The notes: generated from the letters alone by a model not told the origin. Shown: positions 1 through 8,648, counted from the first letter of the stretch. The stretch is 64,000 nt of DNA from Tubulanus polymorphus (GCF_964204645.1 NW_027437467.1:15250-79249), one strand, 5' to 3'. A program made the numbers and translations.

Positions 1-2874
1 ATAGGGGGAATATTCGATACGAAAACGTCTTTTCTCGCGCCGAACGACGTTTTCGCGTCGAAAAGTGCTTTTCCTGACGATTTGAGCGCTTTTACGCATC
101 GGCATTGTCGTTTTTCCGATAGGGGGAATATTCGAAAAGAAAACGTCTTTTCTCGCGCTGAACTACGTTTTCGCGTCGAAAAGTGCTTTTCCTGACGATT
201 TGAGCGCTTTTACGCTTCGACATTGTCGTTTTACCGATAGTGAGAATATTCGATACGAAAACGTCTTTTCTCGCGCCGAACGACGTTTTCGCGTCGAAAA
301 GTGCTTTTCCTGACGATTTGAGCGCTTTTACGCATCGGCATTGTCGTTTTTCCGATAGGGGGAATATTCGATACGAAAACGTCTTTTCTCGCGCCGAACG
401 ACGTTTTCGCGTCGAAAAGTGCTTTTCCTGACGATTTGAGCGCTTTTACGCATCGGCATTGTCGTTTTTCCGATAGGGGGAATATTTGATAAGAAAACGT
501 CTTTTCTCGCGCTGAACTACGTTTTCGCGTCGAAAAGTGCTTTTCCTGACGATTTGAGCGCTTTTACGCATCGACATTGTCGTTTTTCCGATAGGGGGAA
601 TATTCGATACGAAAACGTCTTTTCTCGCGCCGAACGACGTTTTCGCGTCGAAAAGTGCTTTTCCTGACGATTTGAGCGCTTTTACGCATCGGCATTGTCG
701 TTTTTCCGATTGGGGGAATATTCGATACGAAAACGTCTTTTCTCGCGCCGAACGACGTTTTCGCGTCGAAAAGTGCTTTTCCTGACGATTTGAGCGCTTT
801 TACGCATCGACATTGTCGTTTTACCGATAGTGAGAATATTCGATACGAAAACGTCTTTTCTCGCGCCGAACGACGTTTTCGCGTCGAAAAGTGCTTTTCC
901 TGACGATTTGAGCGCTTTTACGCATCGACATTGTCGTTTTACCGATAGTGAGAATATTCGATACGAAAACGTCTTTTCTCGCGCTGAACGACGTTTTCGC
1001 GTCGAAAAGTGCTTTTCCTGACGATTTGAGCGCTTTTACGCATCGGCATTGTCGTTTTTCCGATAGGGGGAATATTCGAAAAGAAAACGTCTTTTCTCGC
1101 GCTGAGCGACGTTTTCGCGTCGAAAAGTGCTTTTCCTGACGATTTGAGCGCTTTTACGCATCGGCATTGTCGTTTTTCCGATAGGGGGAATATTCGAAAA
1201 GAAAACGTCTTTTCTCGCGCTGAGCGACGTTTTCGCGTCGAAAAGTGCTTTTCCTGACGATTTGAGCGCTTTTACGCATCGGCATTGTCGTTTTTCCGAT
1301 AGGGGGAATATTCGAAAAGAAAACGTCTTTTCTCGCGCTGAACTACGTTTTCGCGTCGAAAAGTGCTTTTCCTGACGATTTGAGCGCTTTTACGCATCGG
1401 CATTGTCGTTTTTCCGATAGGGGGAATATTCGATACGAAAACGTCTTTTCTCGCGCCGAACGACGTTTACGGGTCGAAAAGTGCTTTTCCTGACGATTTG
1501 AGCGCTTTTACGCATCGACATTGTCGTTTTACCGATAGGGAGAATATTCGACACGAAAACGTCTTTTCTCGCGCCGAACGACGTTTTCGCGTCGAAAAGT
1601 GCTTTTCCTGACGATTTGAGCGCTTTTACGCATCGGCATTGTCGTTTTTCCGATAGGGGGAATATTCGAAAAGAAAACGTCTTTTCTCGCGCTGAGCGAC
1701 GTTTTCGCGTCGAAAAGTGCTTTTCCTGACGATTTGAGCGCTTTTACGCATCGGCATTGTCGTTTTTCCGATAGGGGGAATATTCGAAAAGAAAACGTCT
1801 TTTCTCGCGCTGAACTACGTTTTCGCGTCGAAAAGTGCTTTTCCTGACGATTTGAGCGCTTTTACGCTTCGACATTGTCGTTTTACCGATAGTGAGAATA
1901 TTCGATACGAAAACGTCTTTTCTCGCGCTGAACGACGTTTTCGCGTCGAAAAGTGCTTTTCCTGACGATTTGAGCGCTTTTACGCATCGACATTGTCGTT
2001 TTTCCGATAGGGGGAATATTGGATAAGAAAACGTCTTTTCTCGCGCGGAACGACGTTTTCGCGTCGAAAAGTGCTTTTCCTGACGATTTGAGCGCTTTTA
2101 CGCATCGACATTGTCGTTTTTCCGATAGGGGGAATATTCGAAAAGAAAACGTCTTTTCTCGCGCTGAGCGACGTTTTCGCGTCGAAAAGTGCTTTTCCTG
2201 ACGATTTGAGCGCTTTTACGCATCGACATTGTCGTTTTACCGATAGTGAGAATATTCGATACGAAAACGTCTTTTCTCGCGCTGAACGACGTTTTCGCGT
2301 CGAAAAGTGCTTTTCCTGACGATTTGAGCGCTTTTACGCATCGGCATTGTCGTTTTTCCGATAGGGGGAATATTCGAAAAGAAAACGTCTTTTCTCGCGC
2401 TGAGCGACGTTTTCGCGTCGAAAAGTGCTTTTCCTGACGATTTGAGCGCTTTTACGCATCGGCATTGTCGTTTTTCCGATAGGGGGAATATTCGAAAAGA
2501 AAACGTCTTTTCTCGCGCTGAGCGACGTTTTCGCGTCGAAAAGTGCTTTTCCTGACGATTTGAGCGCTTTTACGCATCGGCATTGTCGTTTTTCCGATAG
2601 GGGGAATATTCGAAAAGAAAACGTCTTTTCTCGCGCTGAACTACGTTTTCGCGTCGAAAAGTGCTTTTCCTGACGATTTGAGCGCTTTTACGCTTCGACA
2701 TTGTCGTTTTACCGATAGTGAGAATATTCGATACGAAAACGTCTTTTCTCGCGCCGAACGACGTTTTCGCGTCGAAAAGTGCTTTTCCTGACGATTTGAG
2801 CGCTTTTACGCATCGGCATTGTCGTTTTTCCGATAGGGGGAATATTCGATACGAAAACGTCTTTTCTCGCGCCG
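1..2874 (+). repeat. 118-bp tandem satellite array, segment left of the retrotransposon (~24 monomers; continues beyond window start)
   Basis: Monomer ATAGGGGGAATATTCGATACGAAAACGTCTTTTCTCGCGCCGAACGACGTTTTCGCGTCGAAAAGTGCTTTTCCTGACGATTTGAGCGCTTTTACGCATCGGCATTGTCGTTTTTCCG recurs at 1, 119, 237 and so on, with only a few substitutions per copy. Confidence 0.99.
2870..2874 (+). other. Left target-site duplication CGCCG
   Basis: Satellite ...TTCTCG[CGCCG] abuts the LTR TGT; the same 5-mer follows the 3' LTR. Confidence 0.95.
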
Positions 2875-3116
2875 TGTCGAGAACAGGATGTTTATGTAAA
2901 AATGTCAGTAACCATATAGTGTTCACTCCCCCTTAGCCTATGTAGCGAATCATCATATATATTAGCATGCGCATGTGCAGTCGGGACAGGTGGTTAGCCT
3001 GTGTGTGACCGAAATAAACGAGTATCTTATGATCTGTAGACTGAACCCGTCGTGTTTTTAGTCTTTCTCTTCCTTTATCTCCGAACCTGGTCTTCTTTGT
3101 GACTCGCAACGCCACA
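2875..3116 (+). repeat. 5' LTR (242 bp)
   Basis: Starts TGTCGAGAAC, ends AACGCCACA; direct repeat of 8649-8890 with no mismatch found by eye. Confidence 0.97.
2956..2961 (+). promoter_or_regulatory. Candidate LTR TATA element (TATATA)
   Basis: CATATATATTAG about 80 bp into the LTR, upstream of AATAAA, consistent with U3-R-U5 order. Confidence 0.4.
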
Positions 3117-3117
3117 T

Positions 3118-3135
3118 TGGTGCCGTGACCAGGAT
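3118..3135 (+). promoter_or_regulatory. Primer binding site for tRNA-His(GUG)
   Basis: TGGTGCCGTGACCAGGAT, 1 nt after the 5' LTR, is the reverse complement of ATCCTGGTCACGGCA-CCA. That is the invertebrate (Drosophila-type) tRNA-His 3' end as I recall it. Confidence 0.88.
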
Positions 3136-3142
3136 CAGCCGA

Positions 3143-6100
3143 ATGGAGGATACTCAACTGAACCGGTCGACAATCACACGAACTGCAATCAGGCAGAAAG
3201 TTGATGATCTCGTCGTGAAATCGTCAACAATCGTCGAAGATTTTCGAACGACCGAAGACGATGTAGATTTACTAAATATCTACATCGAGCAGATCACAGA
3301 AAAGTTAAGTCGACTAGAGAAGCTAGACTCGACAATCGAGGACCTAACTCCTTTAACGCATCTTTCAGACACGATTCAAGAAGCAGAGGACTTCAGATCT
3401 AGCGTCATCGAAAAACGCGGCCGAATAATCCGATTTGTAGAAAAGGCGAAGCACACAACGCAACCTCATAATTCTTCGATGAACAATTCCGGTGCTTCTG
3501 CGACGCCATTTCGCCCGAACAAGGTAAATCTACCTAAACTTACGCTCGCCAAATTCGACGGCGATTTACTCAAATGGCAGGAATTCATAGACGGATTCAA
3601 TTCAGCGGTCAACGACGACCCGAATCTCGACGACGTCGTTAAGTTTCAATACTTACGCGCACAACTTAACGGCGAAGCTTACAGAACGATCGAGGGTCTG
3701 GCCCTCACCGCGTCGAATGATGCGAACGCACTTCAAGTACTGATAAAAAGGTATGGGCAACCGCAAATCATTATCAGTGCATATATGCGAGCGTTATGGG
3801 AACTTTCGCGACCGACAGAAGACATGCAGAGTCTGATGGAATTTTCGGATAAACTGGAAACATATATCCGAGGACTAAGTGCGCTCGGAAAAAACGAAGA
3901 TAGCTACGGAGATTTGTTGACTCCGATTATCTTAGATAAACTGCCTGGGATGATACGACGACAGATAACGAGGGATAATAACGGCGCGAATTGGAATCTC
4001 CAGTCGTTGCGAGATGCCCTTTCGAGAGAGATAACAGCGTTCCAGGCAGGAGTTTCAGTGTACCCAGAAACTGCTCACCTGGGTACCACGTCAGCGTTCC
4101 ACGTGGGCAATGCGATCAAGAGAAAACCATTAAAATGTACATTTTGTAAAGGGACACATTTCGCGTCAGATTGTGTTCTTGTAACCGAACCAGAGAAACG
4201 CCTGGATATCGTTAAACGTGATAAACTTTGTTTTAATTGCATGGGCACTCATCGTTCTCGGGACTGTAAATCCAAGAACACATGTAAAAAGTGCAGAGGG
4301 AAACATCACACGTTACTATGTGGTTCCTCCCTTACAGAAACGCGCGAGATTTCTACGAAAAATCGACCGCAAAACCCACAAAACGGAAGCAGAAGCGATT
4401 CTCACGATGTAAAAACTGTTCATCAAACGTATGCCGGCGCCCAACAACCACGACCAGATGGGCCCATACTTCTTAAAACAGCTGTGGCGGAGATTTTTTC
4501 GCCATCAACTTCCGCTAATAACCGCTCGAATGGTCGTAAGATAAACATTTTACTGGACGAAGGCAGCCATAGATCGTTTATCACGACGCGAATTTCTGTC
4601 AGCTTAAATCTCCCACATCTGGGCCAAGAGGAAATCAATCTAGCGACGTTCGGAGAACAACTGGCCGGTCGGCGATTACTTCAAAGAACGAACTTTAACA
4701 TCGCGTCATCAGAGGGTTCACCGATACTAATTGAAGCCCTCGTGATACCGACCATCTCCACGCCAATCAGCAATCTTGTAAACAATAAAGTTTTGGATCT
4801 TCCGCATCTGCGAAACCTAACTCTAGCGGAACAGCCATCATCAATAACCGGCGACTTTGATATCGATGTATTAATTGGCGCCGATTACTACTGGTCTATA
4901 GTCGGCGATAATACCGTGAAGGGCTACGGCCCGACTGCCGTTTCATCACGTATAGGGTATCTCTTATCAGGGCCCATACCGAGCCACACCTTACTCACCG
5001 GAGTAAGGAATTCAACCGTTCTCAACGTATCTTGTGTGAGAAATATGGATCTCAATTCGCACCGCGGAGAGGAAGTCTCATTACAATCGTTTTGGGACTT
5101 AGAAACGATCGGCATCAAAGATGACGCTTCTTTGATAAAAAACCGTGGACTTGCTTATTCGGACTATATTAAAACCCATCTAACTGTTGATAGCGATGGA
5201 CGCTATACTGCGAAACTACCTTGGAAAGAAAGCCACGCCCCCTTGCCGGACAACAGACACGTGGCCGAAGCACGGACTCGCAGTATGATACGCCGTTTAT
5301 CCGCAGAAATGAGAACCGTATACGATGCAATAATTGAAGAACAACTGTCGCGTGATTTCATAGAGGATGTAACACATGACATCTCTAGTATCGGACACTA
5401 TTTACCCCACCGAGGAGTAAAAAAGGACTCTACTACCACGCCTCTCAGAATCGTTTTCGACTGCAGTTGTAGAGTCGGAAGCGAACCGTCGTTGAATGAT
5501 TGCTTGGAAACTGGACCCCCGCTCCTAAACGATTTGGTATCTATATTGTTGCGATTTCGATTGTACTCTACAGGAATATCCACCGATATCGAAAAGGCAT
5601 TTTTACAAATAAGACTCCACGAACACGATCGGAAGTATACCAAATTCTTGTGGTTAACCGACCCGAATGATCCAGAAAGCGATTTCAAAGTACTTCAGTT
5701 TAAAAGTATCCTGTTCGGAGCGGTCTCGAGCCCGTTTGTTCTTAACGCCACTGTCAAATCCCACTTAGCCAATTACGATTGCGAAACCGCGGGGAAATTG
5801 GCCGAAAACATATACGTGGATAATATCGTCACTGGAGTAACATCTGAGGACAAAGCGATAAACTTTTATGCACAATCAAACGAAATAATGAATTCTGCAG
5901 GCTTGGCCCTCAGAGCGTGGGCAACTAATTGCCAGAGACTGCGTAATTTGGCGAGCTCGGATGGAGTAGCCGAGTCGAAACCCATCGCGAACGTCCTCGG
6001 GATCCGATGGGACACTCATAACGACACCCTTAGCATCAAGGTAGATGACGGAACGTCCGATCTGGTGACAAAACGTGAGGTAGTTAGCGCGGCGTCGAAG

Positions 6101-8476
6101 TTATATGATCCGCTTGGTTTTCTGGCCCCCGTACAGGTCAGGGCTAAGATGTACATCCAGGAACTCTGGAAACTTAATCTAGGCTGGGACGACCCAGTAC
6201 AGGACGAATCAATGCGAGAAAAATGGTTCTCGATTCGGAATGATTTGTCACGTGCGTCAGAAATTGTGTTATCAAGGAAATACTTAAGTCAACCGCAAAC
6301 CCAGAATTATGAAATACACGTGTTTGCTGATAGTAGCAAAGCAGCATTTGGAGCTGTGGTTTATTTACGAAACCAGCATGATACATCGTTTGTTATGTCT
6401 AAGACACGTGTCGCACCAGTAAAGGAATTAACTATTCCACGACTGGAATTACTTGCTGCTTTGACCGGTTCGAAGCTTATCGATTATGTAACTGAATCGC
6501 TCGGTTCCGAAATCGCTATAACCAAAAAAGTGCTTTGGAGCGATAGTCAGATTGTGCTTTGTTGGTTGAACTCCGATCGAAAGTTACCAGTATTCGTCAG
6601 CAACCGCGTGAAACAGATTAAATCTATCAAAATTGACGAGTACCGCTACTGCCCGACGTCTGATAATCCGGCAGACATACTATCGCGTGGAATCGACTCC
6701 GAGAAACTACGGCATTCTAATTTGTGGTGGTTTGGCCCCGAATGGCTGAAACATGGCGACTGGCCCGTGGATAAATTATACGCTGACACTAGCACAGTTA
6801 ATATCCTCCACATCAACGATCCTCAACCCGGGCAGGTTGAAGACGCGGAGGACGAACGGATTGGTTTGGTAGAAATAATCGACATTGAACGATTCATAGA
6901 GTTGGGATCATTATTACGTGTCACCGCTTACGTTTTCTTGTTTGTCGCGAAACTTCAACGCCAGACAGATCGGTCCGCCGAGGATCTGACGCCGGATGAT
7001 ATAGCCCGAGCTAGAACGGCGTGGATTAAAGCTGTGCAAAATGCTAATTATTCGAATGAAATTTTCGTGCTGCAGGGTAATCATGCAAAATCGCGAGCGC
7101 CCCTGACAAAACAGCTACGGTTGTTTATTGGCGATGATAGTTTGTTGAGAGTTGGAGGGAGACTCCATAACGCCCCGATTGATTATGGCGCGAAATTCCC
7201 AATATTACTACCCCCGAAAGGGCGATTTACCGAGTTAACTGTGATTGATGCTCACGCGAGAGCACTTCATTTGGGTACAGAATCAACGATTAACCGTATT
7301 CGACAAACGTATTGGATTCAAAGTATCAGGAAAGTCGTTAAATCTCTGTTGCGAAAATGTTACAATTGCAAAATCACTAGTGGTCAGCCATACCCACTAC
7401 CGGACCCTGCACCGTTGCAGAAGAGCAGGCTGACAGATGCCCCTCCCTTTACCGTAACGGGAGTGGATTTCACCGGACATTTGTTCGTGAGAGATAACAA
7501 CAGAGAAGCGAAAGCGTATATTATCTTGTTTACATGTGCGAACACACGTGCCGTTCATCTCGAGGTTGTTTCTGATATGTCGTGTGCCACATTTCTTCTC
7601 GCCTTCCGACGTTTCGCCGCACGTCGATCCTTACCCCAAAAGTTGATAAGTGATAATGGATCGGCATTCGTGGCCGCGGCGGGAGAAATAAAGAAGCTTC
7701 TCGATATTCATTCGGTTCGAAAATACATGCTCGAGAAAAATGTTGAATGGGTATTTATACCAAAGGCCGCCCCATGGCATGGTGGCTTTTGGGAACGTTT
7801 AGTTGGACTTACGAAACAAGTTCTGAAACGTGTTTTAGTCCGCGCATACATATCGATGTCTGAACTTATTACGCTCGTCGCGGAAATCGAAATGGTGATC
7901 AACAACCGCCCGCTTACGTATTTGTCCGATGACGTAACTGATCCAGAACCGCTAACACCATCGCACCTCCTTCACGGACGAGTTATGTCGAATCTACCGC
8001 ACCTATCTGATACCGATGCTATCAGTGATCCGGAGTATGGTGTTTCGATAAACACACAAAACCTCCAGAAACGCGCACAAAGAGTGATGGAACTCTTCGA
8101 ACATTTTCGGTCTCGTTGGACCAACGAATACGTTATTGCGCTACGTGAACGACATCTGTCCATGCGAAATAATGGCAGAACAAGCGAGATTCGATCAGGA
8201 GACGTTGTACTCGTACACGACGACCAAAAACGTAGAATTAACTGGAAGCTTGCTATCGTAACGAAACTGAACTACGGGAACGACGGCGCAGTTCGTTCAG
8301 CAGAAATTAGAATGGGCACTACAAATACTAGCCGACCTATAAATAAACTGTTCCCGCTTGAAATTAACACCGATATGGACTTTAAAGAGCCTGGCCCCGT
8401 TATAGCCTCTGATCCGCGACCCGTGCGAAACGCAGCGCGAAAGGCTCGTGCAAAAATCGTCGAATGTTTGAAATAG
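3143..8476 (+). CDS. gag-pol: Gag-Pol polyprotein, 1777 aa from first ATG: Gag (DUF1759-like ~3530-4040; three zinc knuckles 4136-4321), aspartic protease (LLDEGS, D at 4556), RT (DIEKAF; YVDN 5813-5824), RNase H (FADSS, RLEL, WSDS, NPAD), integrase (HHCC; GVDF, SDNG, WERL) and DUF5641-like C-terminus
   Basis: Uninterrupted ORF. The track start at 3125 is a GTG inside the PBS; the first in-frame ATG is 3143. Motifs read directly from the translation. Confidence 0.95.
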   Translation: MEDTQLNRSTITRTAIRQKVDDLVVKSSTIVEDFRTTEDDVDLLNIYIEQITEKLSRLEKLDSTIEDLTPLTHLSDTIQEAEDFRSSVIEKRGRIIRFVEKAKHTTQPHNSSMNNSGASATPFRPNKVNLPKLTLAKFDGDLLKWQEFIDGFNSAVNDDPNLDDVVKFQYLRAQLNGEAYRTIEGLALTASNDANALQVLIKRYGQPQIIISAYMRALWELSRPTEDMQSLMEFSDKLETYIRGLSALGKNEDSYGDLLTPIILDKLPGMIRRQITRDNNGANWNLQSLRDALSREITAFQAGVSVYPETAHLGTTSAFHVGNAIKRKPLKCTFCKGTHFASDCVLVTEPEKRLDIVKRDKLCFNCMGTHRSRDCKSKNTCKKCRGKHHTLLCGSSLTETREISTKNRPQNPQNGSRSDSHDVKTVHQTYAGAQQPRPDGPILLKTAVAEIFSPSTSANNRSNGRKINILLDEGSHRSFITTRISVSLNLPHLGQEEINLATFGEQLAGRRLLQRTNFNIASSEGSPILIEALVIPTISTPISNLVNNKVLDLPHLRNLTLAEQPSSITGDFDIDVLIGADYYWSIVGDNTVKGYGPTAVSSRIGYLLSGPIPSHTLLTGVRNSTVLNVSCVRNMDLNSHRGEEVSLQSFWDLETIGIKDDASLIKNRGLAYSDYIKTHLTVDSDGRYTAKLPWKESHAPLPDNRHVAEARTRSMIRRLSAEMRTVYDAIIEEQLSRDFIEDVTHDISSIGHYLPHRGVKKDSTTTPLRIVFDCSCRVGSEPSLNDCLETGPPLLNDLVSILLRFRLYSTGISTDIEKAFLQIRLHEHDRKYTKFLWLTDPNDPESDFKVLQFKSILFGAVSSPFVLNATVKSHLANYDCETAGKLAENIYVDNIVTGVTSEDKAINFYAQSNEIMNSAGLALRAWATNCQRLRNLASSDGVAESKPIANVLGIRWDTHNDTLSIKVDDGTSDLVTKREVVSAASKLYDPLGFLAPVQVRAKMYIQELWKLNLGWDDPVQDESMREKWFSIRNDLSRASEIVLSRKYLSQPQTQNYEIHVFADSSKAAFGAVVYLRNQHDTSFVMSKTRVAPVKELTIPRLELLAALTGSKLIDYVTESLGSEIAITKKVLWSDSQIVLCWLNSDRKLPVFVSNRVKQIKSIKIDEYRYCPTSDNPADILSRGIDSEKLRHSNLWWFGPEWLKHGDWPVDKLYADTSTVNILHINDPQPGQVEDAEDERIGLVEIIDIERFIELGSLLRVTAYVFLFVAKLQRQTDRSAEDLTPDDIARARTAWIKAVQNANYSNEIFVLQGNHAKSRAPLTKQLRLFIGDDSLLRVGGRLHNAPIDYGAKFPILLPPKGRFTELTVIDAHARALHLGTESTINRIRQTYWIQSIRKVVKSLLRKCYNCKITSGQPYPLPDPAPLQKSRLTDAPPFTVTGVDFTGHLFVRDNNREAKAYIILFTCANTRAVHLEVVSDMSCATFLLAFRRFAARRSLPQKLISDNGSAFVAAAGEIKKLLDIHSVRKYMLEKNVEWVFIPKAAPWHGGFWERLVGLTKQVLKRVLVRAYISMSELITLVAEIEMVINNRPLTYLSDDVTDPEPLTPSHLLHGRVMSNLPHLSDTDAISDPEYGVSINTQNLQKRAQRVMELFEHFRSRWTNEYVIALRERHLSMRNNGRTSEIRSGDVVLVHDDQKRRINWKLAIVTKLNYGNDGAVRSAEIRMGTTNTSRPINKLFPLEINTDMDFKEPGPVIASDPRPVRNAARKARAKIVECLK

Positions 8477-8636
8477 TTGCATAATAGTTACTATCAATGC
8501 CTGAATTTACTATTTAATCGTATTTTGAATTAACGTTTAGTTGTTTATTGATTTCCATAAGCTTTATTTACTTAATCCATTGTAATGATTAGTCATATAT
8601 CTCTCCGTTCTTACTCTTTATTTGTTTACCTTTGTC

Positions 8637-8648
8637 GCCCCGGAGAAA
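8637..8648 (+). promoter_or_regulatory. Putative polypurine tract region (GCCCCGGAGAAA) immediately 5' of the 3' LTR
   Basis: Position abutting the LTR; the purine run is only 7 nt (GGAGAAA, 8642-8648) and is preceded by a T-rich 3' UTR. Confidence 0.6.

Noticed and set aside
13-62. Compensatory covariation supporting a conserved RNA hairpin
   Set aside because: Linked variants (e.g. AAACGACTT with TTCGGGTCG; TAA with AACTAC) do not restore base pairs, so there is no covariation evidence.
13-62. Monomer as a tandem MITE with terminal inverted repeats
   Set aside because: No flanking TSD or recognisable superfamily terminus; the symmetry is explained by the ~20-bp sub-repeat.
13-64. CENP-B box
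   Set aside because: TTCG is present but the required TTCGnnnnAnnCGGG spacing was not found on either strand of the consensus.
1-118. 5S rRNA or tRNA tandem genes (unit length near 120 bp)
   Set aside because: No recognisable 5S or tRNA sequence, no cloverleaf or internal promoter boxes, and no spacer between units.
3125-3142. ORF start at 3125
   Set aside because: It is a GTG within the PBS; ATG 3143 is the plausible eukaryotic start.
4218-8497. Short overlapping and antisense ORFs inside gag-pol, and LTR-spanning ORFs (2933-3157, 8707-8958)
   Set aside because: All under 100 aa, without motifs, and expected by chance.
8477-8648. env or accessory gene
   Set aside because: Only ~170 bp of AT-rich 3' UTR with no ORF.
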